Source: Gemmatimonadales bacterium (GTDB lineage: Bacteria; Gemmatimonadota; Gemmatimonadetes; Gemmatimonadales; GWC2-71-9). Taken from it: a DNA stretch of 60,384 nt. The notes under the pieces were generated by a model. It ran no database searches. It worked only from the letters and a program-made list of their open reading frames with translations, and was not told the origin of the DNA. Shown here one piece after another: positions 17,784 to 26,314 of the stretch (its first letter is position 1; every line of letters begins with the position of its first letter). Position numbers and translations under genes: made by a program. The stretch covers positions 1 to 60,384 of the forward strand of contig JBDIWC010000024.1 of NCBI GenBank assembly GCA_039794085.1. The letters are read 5' to 3'.

Positions 17784-18269
17784 CGATCCAATCGGCACCT
17801 AAGGTTACTTGCTGTTGCCAGTGGTCTCACAGTTGCTCAGATCGAATATCGGAAAACGTCGTCCATCACAGACTCGACCCATACGGAGTCGCCACATCTG
17901 CCTTCCTGCGGCATAACTTCTCTGTTCCATCGTTTCCGCACTTCGCTGCCGCTGCCCGCAGGATAACTCCAGAACGCTGCGAGCCCCCTCCCGTGACTAT
18001 CACGCCGGCAGTGCCTGCCGGCACCGGACCGGAAGCCCGCTCCAGGAGCCGGATCGCCCGACCTTCTCCTTGCGTGCACCGGCCATGCTGCCGCCAACCG
18101 CCGCCTCGTCGCCGCCCACTATCGCGTCTGGATCCTCGATTCCCCCGTCGCGGCACATGCGCGCGCGGGTTGAATCCGCTTCGGTCATCTCAGCGCTGTC
18201 GCAAGGTACCGCCCGCAACCCAATCCCGGAAGGTCCTGTCAGCATCGAGGCCCAACTGGGTTCCTTGAT

Positions 18270-18556
18270 CCCCGGGGCTTTCGCCCCGGGCTCGGCGGCG
18301 GGGCCGTTCACACAGCCGGGTGTTCACCCCTGCTCCCGGTGGCGTGAGCCACCGCAATCGGCCGAGCAAGGGGCGTGAGCCCCGGGAAAACTCTAGCAAC
18401 GCGGCCAAGCAACGGGCGGACGATTTCGTGAACCACGGGGGTGACACCCCGGGCTCGGCGGCGAGAGGCCGTTCACACGACCGGGTGCTCACCCTTTCTC
18501 TCGGTGGCGTCCGCCACCTCAATCGGCCGAGCAAGGGGCGTGAGCCCCGGAAAACA
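18270..18556. repeat. Two direct copies of a ~105-bp REP-like element
   Basis: CCCCGGGCTCGGCGGCG...GGCCGTTCACAC...AATCGGCCGAGCAAGGGGCGTGAGCCCCGG at ~18284 and ~18447. Confidence 0.8.
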
Positions 18557-18725
18557 CCAATCAAACGCCGAGCACACCGAGCCCGGGGGGCGCGACTCCG
18601 CCCCTTTGCGTCACCCGTTCTGGAGCTCAGCGCTGGGACAATCGCCACATTGCACGGCCCGCAGGAAACCCCGAAGAGCCGGTAAAGAGAGCCCGCGGCC
18701 AATCGTTGAGGAGGCACTGCACGGC

Positions 18726-18821
18726 TGCGTACGACACGACTTCTGCTGGCGATACCCGCCCAACCGTCGAGTCCACCGGCCCGCGGAGGTAGGGCGGGTC
18801 CGGTATAGCAAGAGGTTAGAC
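18726..18821 (-). other. Degenerate integron attC-like site closing the FRG cassette
   Basis: R'' GTCTAAC contains the FRG stop codon; inner inverted repeats CTCTTGCT/AGCAGAAG and ACCCGCCC/GGGCGGGT; R' is degenerate (GTACGCA). Confidence 0.5.
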
Positions 18822-19844
18822 CTTATCGCCGCGCTCAGTGCGGACGAGCGAAAAGCCAACACCGCGATAGAACTCGCTACTCACAGTCTGCCACTCGCTC
18901 TCAGCGGAGACGAGATCGGCCGTTGAGTATGTGACGGACGATCTGTTCGAGAGAGCGCACTTGAGTTGGTCTTTCAATATCTGTCGTAAACCTCTTGCCT
19001 CATCCACCGGCACTCCGGACGGGTCACTGGCCATATCAGATTCGGCCTCCTCGACGTAGGAAACGGGAATCTCGTCCGCGATGCACATGGCCGCGGCCAG
19101 GCGCGCGGTTGGGTCTGGTGGTAGCAGGTCGGGACCGCCGCCAAAGCGCTTGAGCACCTCTTCGCCGACTTTAGGATCATGCTCGAATCGGAAGGCCTGA
19201 AGCATTGGGGCTTGGAGAAAGTCTTCTCCCAGGCGAAGCTCCACAGTCCACGCCCACTGCCGTGATGGTCTGGGGAATGGCTGATAGGCAATTGGAGAGG
19301 CTCGCTCATCGACAGCTTCACGGTGGAGGCGATACATCACTCCTTCACCCTCACGCATGGGTTCCCACTGGTCTGTGGCATGGATGTAGCGACAAGTTGC
19401 AAAAAAGGCAGAGACCTCGAACGATTCAGACGCATCCATGTAGCCGGTGGGTACGCCGTAGTGCTGCGCGATCGCGGTCGTGTCGACCGCGATTCGCTCC
19501 TTTGCGGCCCACTTCATCATTGGGTGCTTGGCCACCTCGTCCGTAAACCAGTTGTTGAGAGCGAGTGCGCGTAGCAATCGAGCTCGGTCCAAGGGGTCCA
19601 GGTCGCGGACAAGGTAAGTGTTCTCACGGAAGCGTCGGCAAAGCGACGGCCAGCATGGATCGTGGTGGCGGTTCTGGCCGCGATAGAGGAAGCGAGGTCG
19701 ATGCGCGCGCTCCAGCTTTACCCTCCCGGTGGACCCGTCTCCCTCATGGACCATCAGCCAGCGCGATCTTCCCTCAGAACGGGCCTCGCGCTCTGCCCGG
19801 TCTTGATCGGACATCTGCAGGAGAGCGTATGCAGGTAGTTTCAT
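18816..19844 (-). CDS. FRG domain protein
   Basis: FLYRGQ...PSL.R...IAQHYGVPTGYMDASESFEVSAFFAT; ATG 19844 sits 3 nt after the attC R' box. Confidence 0.88.
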   Translation of the reverse strand: MKLPAYALLQMSDQDRAEREARSEGRSRWLMVHEGDGSTGRVKLERAHRPRFLYRGQNRHHDPCWPSLCRRFRENTYLVRDLDPLDRARLLRALALNNWFTDEVAKHPMMKWAAKERIAVDTTAIAQHYGVPTGYMDASESFEVSAFFATCRYIHATDQWEPMREGEGVMYRLHREAVDERASPIAYQPFPRPSRQWAWTVELRLGEDFLQAPMLQAFRFEHDPKVGEEVLKRFGGGPDLLPPDPTARLAAAMCIADEIPVSYVEEAESDMASDPSGVPVDEARGLRQILKDQLKCALSNRSSVTYSTADLVSAESEWQTVSSEFYRGVGFSLVRTERGDKV

Positions 19845-19847
19845 GTG

Positions 19848-19909
19848 GCCTGACGCCATGCCGATCAGCGGCCGGCCGAAGGCCGGCCCGCGGTATCGGC
19901 TTGTTGGGC
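19848..19909 (-). other. Integron attC-like site (62 bp)
   Basis: GCCCAAC-AAGCCGATACCGCGGGCCGGCCTTCGGCCGGCCGCTGATCGGCATGGC-GTCAGGC: RYYYAAC box, palindromic core and near-GTTRRRY box. Confidence 0.7.
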
Positions 19910-20074
19910 GGCGTTCTTGTCGTCCTCGGCAAGGCACTTTGCCAGGTCAGTCGAGGCGGCCTTCTCCGAGATGTACCTAACGCGCTCTTCGGGTGTCATG
20001 CGCTCCATCTCCTGGCTCAGCCTGTCGCGGAGCTCACGCATGAGTTTCACTGCGTCAAACGTCTTCGTTTTCAT
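19865..20074 (-). CDS. Small antitoxin-like partner of the PIN protein
   Basis: MKTKTFDAVKLMRELRDRLSQEMERMTPEERVRYI; stop codon lies inside the attC-like site. Confidence 0.7.
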   Translation of the reverse strand: MKTKTFDAVKLMRELRDRLSQEMERMTPEERVRYISEKAASTDLAKCLAEDDKNAAQQADTAGRPSAGR

Positions 20075-20523
20075 ATGTCCACACCTCCAAGGGCGACCGG
20101 ATCTCCAGAAGCGGATAGCCTCCACGAAGATTCACCGCGTTGAATCCGTGGATGCGATCCAGGTTGACAACATTGCCGGAAGTTCCAGCTCACCAGAACG
20201 TCCACCCTTGCGACTGTGGCCACCGCGATGTGCTGCGCGTCGGCGAGCATTCGGCGTGAAACAACCGCCTGTCTGATGTATTCCTCTGCGAGTGCTTCCG
20301 ACTCGATGCTCTGCCGGATGAACTCCACGCACTTCCTCGGCAGATCTTCGATCACGTCACGAACCTTCGGCGGAGCCGACGCAAGTTCGGCCAAGGTCGT
20401 GTCGGAGATCACCAGAAGCGCATGTCCCGCGCGGCTGCGATCAAACAGCCGAAGTGATGCCGCCCGGAACTCGTCATCCAGGCAACCGCCGATCACGGAG
20501 GTGTCGACGTAGACGCGAATCAT
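20055..20523 (-). pseudogene. PIN-domain toxin with a +1 frameshift
   Basis: RVYVDTSVIGGCLDDEF...DAQHIAVATVARVDVLVSWNFR; removing one base at 20173-20174 restores HVVNLDRIHGFNAVNL...LEIRSPLEV, stop 20055. Confidence 0.8.
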
Positions 20524-20604
20524 TCTACCGGGGCCAGCCATGCACGTATCCTACGACTCCTACCCCTCCCGGGGAAGCCCGAAGCTCGAACCTGCTTCAG
20601 CCCG

Positions 20605-20790
20605 GAGGATGGACCCCGGCTCTCCGCTTTCGCGGAGACAAGGTTCGCCGGGGTGACGATCCTGCTCTCTCCAGATGGTTGTCGTCTGGGGAACTGACTG
20701 GCGCCCCTCCGGGGCGCAGGCTCCCTGTTGCGCCCAACCTCCCACGGCTGAAGCCGTGGGCCATGTCCTTCGGCCGCTACGCGGCCCGTG
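20605..20790. repeat. REP-like palindrome cluster
   Basis: TGGACCCCGGC...GCCGGGGTGAC, GCGCCCCTCCGGGGCGC, CCCACGGCTGAAGCCGTGGG. Confidence 0.65.
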
Positions 20791-20884
20791 GGGAGAGCAG
20801 CGAGGAGTGTGAGAGGGCTTCCGGCCCGCCACAGGGAGGAGTGAGGGGAGAGCAGTGAGGAGTGGGAGGAACCGAGGAACTGGC

Positions 20885-22243
20885 TCACGAAGCGTCCGTC
20901 GAAAAGTAGCGGCGTTTGGGGTCCTGCGGACCGGTGCCGATTTCGCGCACCAGCCCCAGGGCCACCAGGGCGGCGAGGCGTGTGCGTGTCGCGCGCGGCG
21001 TGAGTCCGATCCGGGCGGCGATCTGGCGGGTCGCGAGTCCTTCGGGCGCCTGCACCAGGTCCACGATGGACCGGTCGGTTTCGTCGAGGATGGCCGACTG
21101 CACCTGGCCTGTGCGCAGCGTCACGCGGAAGCGGATGCCGATCTCCTCCAGCACCGGTGCCGCGAGTCCGGCGTCACGGCACGCCGCGAACATGCGCTGA
21201 ACGCCGCTGCCCCATTGCTCCACCAGGCCGAGCTCGTGGAACACCCGGCCCATCACCCGGTTGCGCAGCTTGGAGACTCCGAGGGGCAAATCGGCGACGG
21301 TCAGGCCGAAGGGCAGCAGGCCGGGATTCTCGACTTCCAGCCGGTCGTCGTACAGAGCGACGCGAATCGGCGCGCCACTCTGGGAATAATCGCTGTGCGC
21401 CACCGCGTTGATCACGGCCTCGCGCACTGCGACGGGGGGCAGGGACCAGCGCTCCTGGCGCCGCAGCCGCCCGACCTGCGCGCCATGGGTCGAGTGCTTT
21501 TCGACGAAACCGATGGCCGCTTCGATCCCCGCCAGGAGTGAGTCCTTCCACTCGGCCTGATCCGCGATCCTGGAGCGATCCGTGCCGCTGAACCGGCCTG
21601 CCTGGATCCAGGCATCGGGAAAGTGTCGCAGCCGGTCGCGACCGAACAGCAGAACGCCACCCACTGTCGGCACTTGGCGGCCCTGGTGCGTGGTGACCAG
21701 GCGGAGGGTGTCCAGGTCCTTCCTGGCCAGCGGCCGGACGCCGGCGAAAGACTGGGAAGCCGCTCGGAAGTCGATCGCTTCCGAGTCGAGATCGGGCATC
21801 GCGCGTTCGTCGAACACCTCGCCGCGCGCGAAGCGCTGCATTTCGGCGATGAGCGCCTCATCGGCCCGCCGGTTGGTCGAGCCCACCCGCACGTAGATCC
21901 CCGCCGACACGCCGGCCCTGAGGAGATGGTGCGGTCGTGCGGGGCTGGGATGGACCTGGACCGCCACCACGTGGGTCTTCCGCCAGGCCAGAATCTCGAG
22001 ATCCGGCAACAGGCGCGGGGCGATGGAGTCGGTGATCAGGCTGGTGATCCGCTCTTCCAACCCGAACGGGTCGGCCACACCGCGGACGTGCCGGGTCCCA
22101 TCCTCGACGCCGACGAGAATGACGCCGCCGGCGGTGTTGGCAAAGGCGACCACCGTGCGCAACACTCCCTCCGGCGACGACAGGTCGCGCTTGAACTCGA
22201 GGGTCTTCCCTTCCGGGCGGCGGAGGGCGTCGAGGAGATCCAT
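20885..22243 (-). CDS. AlbA_2/Schlafen-like domain + HATPase_c_4 (RecG-like ATP-binding) + wHTH protein
   Basis: EGKTLEFK...VVAFANTAGGVILVGVED; VREAVINAVAHSDY...RLEVENPG...LRN...EQWGSGV; C-terminal HTH. Confidence 0.9.
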   Translation of the reverse strand: MDLLDALRRPEGKTLEFKRDLSSPEGVLRTVVAFANTAGGVILVGVEDGTRHVRGVADPFGLEERITSLITDSIAPRLLPDLEILAWRKTHVVAVQVHPSPARPHHLLRAGVSAGIYVRVGSTNRRADEALIAEMQRFARGEVFDERAMPDLDSEAIDFRAASQSFAGVRPLARKDLDTLRLVTTHQGRQVPTVGGVLLFGRDRLRHFPDAWIQAGRFSGTDRSRIADQAEWKDSLLAGIEAAIGFVEKHSTHGAQVGRLRRQERWSLPPVAVREAVINAVAHSDYSQSGAPIRVALYDDRLEVENPGLLPFGLTVADLPLGVSKLRNRVMGRVFHELGLVEQWGSGVQRMFAACRDAGLAAPVLEEIGIRFRVTLRTGQVQSAILDETDRSIVDLVQAPEGLATRQIAARIGLTPRATRTRLAALVALGLVREIGTGPQDPKRRYFSTDAS

Positions 22244-22390
22244 GACTAGGAAGTGTACTCAGAAGCGATGACGGTCGCCAGCCTTCCGAGTCCGCAGGCT
22301 CGCGGGACGCGGCCGAGCCCTGTCATGCGACTGCCCGGCCAGAGCGTACGATACCACCCCTTCACCGGGGTGATGAATGTCCAGAGCCCC

Positions 22391-22727
22391 CTACGGCTCG
22401 GAAAGGAATCGGACGATCTCCCGCATCAGCCGCTCCCCCTGGTCGGTCGCGAAGAGATACTGGGCGTGGGCCGCGCCCTCGAGAATCACCAGCTCCTTGG
22501 GACCCGGCGCCCGCTCGTACTGATCGCGAATGACCGGGAGTCGAAGCGCGCCACTGCTCGTCGTGTCGCCGCCGGCGGTGATGAAGAGCGTGCGGCCCTT
22601 CATCCGCTCGGGCTCATCGATGGCCGACGCCGCCAGCAGCACGACCCGATCGATCTCACCCTCCCCCGCCTCGACGGCCGCCCTCGCTGCGGCTCCCCCA
22701 CCGAAACTCGCCCCGACAACGGAGACA
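22391..22727 (-). pseudogene. 5'-truncated alpha/beta hydrolase
   Basis: VSVVGASFGG nucleophile elbow...GAAHAQYLF; no N-terminal half or start codon; abuts the parE stop. Confidence 0.65.
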
Positions 22728-22758
22728 AGACTACACCGACCCGCCTTGAAGCCCGTGA

Positions 22759-23061
22759 TCAGTCCGCGTCACTGACTTCGGCGGGATCCCATTGCCGCCG
22801 CCCATGGCGCACGGTCAACACCACCAGCCGCTTGGCCTCGATCCGATAGATCAGCCGGTAGTCGCCATGGACCACCTCGCGGACCTCATCCCGGTTGACC
22901 TCGGGCACCCGACGGCCCCGTCGGGGGTGCTCGCTCAGTGTGGCGGCCCGCTCGAACAATGCGATCGCCCAGGTACGGGCGGCCCCGGGACGGTCCGCTG
23001 CGATGTACCGACCGATCTCCACAACACGCATGAGCGCGCGTGGCGACCAGATGACTCTCAT
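22759..23061 (-). CDS. RelE/ParE family toxin
   Basis: VIWSPRA...YIAADRPGAA...HPRRGRRVPE...REVVHGDYRLIYRI...VRHGRR. Confidence 0.9.
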   Translation of the reverse strand: MRVIWSPRALMRVVEIGRYIAADRPGAARTWAIALFERAATLSEHPRRGRRVPEVNRDEVREVVHGDYRLIYRIEAKRLVVLTVRHGRRQWDPAEVSDAD

Positions 23062-23339
23062 CCCCTCAGCTGCCGGAGTACCGCAGCCCTGGCCTTGCCA
23101 TGGGGAACACCCTTGCCCTCCGCAACCTCCGTTTCAGCCACCCGAATGTCCTCGAGGAGAGCCGCCCGATCGAGGAGGGCTTCATACTCACCCGCATCCA
23201 CAAGAACGGCCGCGCTCCGGCCGTGCTGCGTCAGGATCACCGGTCGTCTGGTTTCCTGCACCTGGCGGACCACAGCCGCGAGATTGGCCCGGAAGTCGGC
23301 AAGCGGGCGGATGTCCTGGGTCGGGCGCACTCGGGGCAT
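23058..23339 (-). CDS. Phd/YefM family antitoxin
   Basis: DIRPLADFRAN...RPVILTQHGRSAAVL; overlaps the toxin gene by 4 nt. Confidence 0.9.
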   Translation of the reverse strand: MPRVRPTQDIRPLADFRANLAAVVRQVQETRRPVILTQHGRSAAVLVDAGEYEALLDRAALLEDIRVAETEVAEGKGVPHGKARAAVLRQLRG

Positions 23340-23355
23340 AGACTATCTCCGAAAA

Positions 23356-23375
23356 GTGTACGTAATAACGTACAC
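23356..23375. promoter_or_regulatory. Putative TA autoregulatory operator
   Basis: Perfect inverted repeat GTGTACGT-AATA-ACGTACAC, 17 nt upstream of the antitoxin ATG. Confidence 0.65.
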
Positions 23376-23589
23376 AATGGAGCCCCTCTACGCCAGAGGG
23401 TTCAAAGAGACCAGGGCGTGTTTCGGATCGCCGCGGGTTTCAGCAGGTGGCACCCCCATGGTCACGCCGACTCGCCGTGGTCCCGCCCCAACGGCCCTGC
23501 TCGATGAGTGAAATTACTCAAAAGGGTGAGTAGGTGGGTGTTCCGCGTACCAGACCAGATCTCCAGCCTGGCGACCGACGCGGAGCAGG

Positions 23590-23792
23590 CATGGATTCCG
23601 GCTTTCGCCGGAATGACGGCCTCGGAGCACTCCCGTCATCCTGGACCATCAACAAGGGCGGTTCACGTACCGTCCCGTCCCCGGCGTCCGCCGGGGTGAC
23701 GATCAGGGACAAGCCGATCATCCTCAAGGGCGGCTCACGAGCCGCCCCTACAGCCGCCCCCTACCGCCTACCGCCTATCGCCTATCGCCTAC
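23590..23792. repeat. REP palindromes and (CCGCCTA)n heptamers
   Basis: TGGATTCCGGCTTTCGCCGGAATGAC, CCCCGGCGTCCGCCGGGGTGAC, GGGCGGCTCACGAGCCGCCCCTAC, then CTACCGC/CTATCGC repeats. Confidence 0.75.
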
Positions 23793-24290
23793 TTCACAGC
23801 CTCCCGCCTTTAACTCCTCCTGGTACCGCCGCCGGAGATCCCGGCGCAACTTCGCCTCGCAATGCATCTTGTCCTCCTCGGGCGTCTCCACCCGGACCGG
23901 GGGGACGGCCTCCGGCTTTCCGTCGTCGTCCACGGCCACCATGGTGAAGAAGCAGCGGCAGGTGACCCGTTCGTCGCCCGGCTTCCGGGGATCCGCCGCG
24001 GTCACCTCGATGCCGATCTCCATCGAGGATCGCCCGGTCAGGGTCACGCGGGCGGCGAGAGTGAGCAGGTCACCCACCCGCACCGGCGCCACCAGCTCGA
24101 TCGCGTCCGCCGCCACCGTGACACAGTACGCCCCGCTGTACCGGGTGGCACACGCGTACGCGACCTCATCCATCAGAGCCAGGAGGGTTCCTCCATGCAC
24201 GTTGCCCCGGAAATTGGCCTGCTGGGGACGCATCAACTGCGTCATGGTGACGAGAGTCTCGGACACGGAACGGGAGGGAGCGGCGGTCAT
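23775..24290 (-). CDS. Acyl-CoA thioesterase (hotdog fold, YciA-like)
   Basis: ANFRGNVHGGTLLALMDEVAY...TGRSSMEIG...FFTMVAVDDDGKP. Confidence 0.9.
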   Translation of the reverse strand: MTAAPSRSVSETLVTMTQLMRPQQANFRGNVHGGTLLALMDEVAYACATRYSGAYCVTVAADAIELVAPVRVGDLLTLAARVTLTGRSSMEIGIEVTAADPRKPGDERVTCRCFFTMVAVDDDGKPEAVPPVRVETPEEDKMHCEAKLRRDLRRRYQEELKAGGCEVGDRR

Positions 24291-24496
24291 GCGCAATTCC
24301 TGGCTGAGGGAACGTCCCAAGTTACCCCCCCCTGAACGATCCCGGCCTGCGACCGGGTTCCCCACACTTGACTGGCAGGGAGGAGGCGTCTTAATTGAAC
24401 ACCAAGTCAAATACTGTCCGGTGCGCCTTCCGGTGCGTCGCAACTCGCAGGTGGCGTCAGGTTCATGTCTCCCGATTTCCATTCCCGATCCCGGCC

Positions 24497-25204
24497 ATGA
24501 GATCCGACTCCCCGGCTCCCCCTCCCCCTCCCCCTCCCCGGTGGCGCCGCCGGCCGGCCGAGCGCCGCCGCGAGATTCTGGATGCCGCCCTCATCGTGTT
24601 CGGGAGCCGTGGTTACGACTGCGCCACCGTGGCCGATGTGGCCAAGCGAGCAGGGGTCTGCCCGGCGACGGTGCTCCACTACTTCGGATCGAAGGCCTCC
24701 CTCTTCGAGACCCTGCTGGAGGACCGTTTCCTGGGCGGCCTGGACGAGGAGGAGGCGCTGGTGACGGAGGTGCGGGACGAGCCGGTGCGTCTCACGATGC
24801 GCCGTCTGCTGACCCGGATGTGGGAGCGGCTGATGGCGCCCGGAATGGCGGACCTCCTCCTGGTGGGGATGGCCAAGTCGACCACCTTTCCCGAGGCGGG
24901 TCACGTGGTGTTCCGGTCGATCTCCGAGCGGTGGCGACGCCTTCTGGTCACCCTCCTTCAGGCCGCCGCCGACCGGGGGGAGTACCGCGCCGTGGATCCC
25001 GACCTCACCGCCCGGATTCTGGCCGGCGGCCTGGGCGGGATGATGATGGGGATGCACCGCTTTGCCTGTTACGACCCGAGCGCCCCCCCTCCCGACGCGC
25101 TTCTCGAACACTATCTGGACCTCGTGGACCACGCCCTCTCTCCCGCCTCTGAAGTCACCACGTCATCCCCGGTGTTCGATGCACCGGGCAAAGGAGAACG
25201 TTAG
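24497..25204 (+). CDS. TetR/AcrR family regulator
   Basis: REILDAALIVF...TVADVAKRAGV...HYFGSK; heads the RND operon. Confidence 0.92.
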   Translation: MRSDSPAPPPPPPPRWRRRPAERRREILDAALIVFGSRGYDCATVADVAKRAGVCPATVLHYFGSKASLFETLLEDRFLGGLDEEEALVTEVRDEPVRLTMRRLLTRMWERLMAPGMADLLLVGMAKSTTFPEAGHVVFRSISERWRRLLVTLLQAAADRGEYRAVDPDLTARILAGGLGGMMMGMHRFACYDPSAPPPDALLEHYLDLVDHALSPASEVTTSSPVFDAPGKGER

Positions 25205-26314
25205 GTGTTCCCGCATTCCTCTTTCCGTACTTCCCGGCTCTCCCTCCTGGGGGCCGTGAGCCTCCTCGCGGCGTGCGCCGACGCTCCGCCGCCCGCGGCC
25301 AGCGCGACCCGGGTGGAGGTGATCACCGTCGCCCCGCGCCCCCTCGCCGAGACCTTCGATTTCACCGGCGAGGTGGTGGCCTGGCGACGGGTCGAGGTCC
25401 GCGCCGCCATCGAGGGAATCATCGAGGAACGCACCTTCCAGGAGGGCGCCGAGGTCCGTCCCGGCCAGGTCCTGTACCGGATCGATCGGACGGTGTGGGA
25501 GGCCGCCCTGCGCGACGCCGAGGCCCGGCGCCAGTTGGCCGAACGCACGGTGGAGCGGCTGCGCCCCCTGCTGGCCAACAACGCCGTGGCTCGGCAGGAC
25601 GTGGACAACGCCGAGGCGGAGCTGCTCCGTGCCCGGGCCGAGGAGGACGAGGCGCGGAAGCACCTCGATGACACCATCGTGCGCGCCGAGATCGGAGGTC
25701 GTGTCGGGAAGACGCGTCTCGACCGCGGGGGCCGCATCACCGGCTCAGATGATCTGCTCACCACGATCGACCAGCTCGACCCGGTCTACGTCTCCTTTCA
25801 CCCTTCCCGTCAGCAGGTGGCCGCCTGGTTGTCGCGTCCGGACGGCCCCTCCCTCATCCGGCCCGGGAGTGCCCTCCGGATCGACGCCATCCTCCCCGAC
25901 GGCTCGGTGTACCCCGTCGCCGGAACCCTCGACTACATCGACCCGGTGGTCGGTGCGGGGACCGGGACGCAGGAGTTCCGGGCCCGCCTGGCCAATCCCG
26001 ACCGGGTGCTGGTTCCGGGGCAGTTCGTCCGGGCCCGGGTGAGCGGCTTCGTGCGGGACAGTGCCCTCGCGGTTCCTCAACGGGCGGTGCAGCAGTCACT
26101 GGGCCGTCAGTTCGTCTACCTGGTCGGTCCGGGGGACACGGTGGCGGTTCGCACTGTCGTGCCAGGCACGTGGACCGGCGACCAGTGGGTGATCGAGGAG
26201 GGTCTCGCACCCGGGGACCGGGTGGTGGTGAGTGGCGTGCAGAAGATTCGCGCCGGGATGGTGGTGTCCCCCGTGGTGATTCCCGCGGACAGCACGGACG
26301 CCTCCGGTGAGTAA
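25205..26314 (+). CDS. RND efflux membrane fusion protein (AcrA/MexA-like lipoprotein)
   Basis: LLAAC lipobox, EVRAAIEGII, GQVLYRID, LVPGQFVRA, GLAPGDRVVVSGVQK. Confidence 0.93.
   Translation: MFPHSSFRTSRLSLLGAVSLLAACADAPPPAASATRVEVITVAPRPLAETFDFTGEVVAWRRVEVRAAIEGIIEERTFQEGAEVRPGQVLYRIDRTVWEAALRDAEARRQLAERTVERLRPLLANNAVARQDVDNAEAELLRARAEEDEARKHLDDTIVRAEIGGRVGKTRLDRGGRITGSDDLLTTIDQLDPVYVSFHPSRQQVAAWLSRPDGPSLIRPGSALRIDAILPDGSVYPVAGTLDYIDPVVGAGTGTQEFRARLANPDRVLVPGQFVRARVSGFVRDSALAVPQRAVQQSLGRQFVYLVGPGDTVAVRTVVPGTWTGDQWVIEEGLAPGDRVVVSGVQKIRAGMVVSPVVIPADSTDASGE

Noticed and set aside
17800..18270. Small ORFs or a structured RNA upstream of lmuA
   Set aside because: No recognisable motif, RBS or convincing fold; left unannotated.
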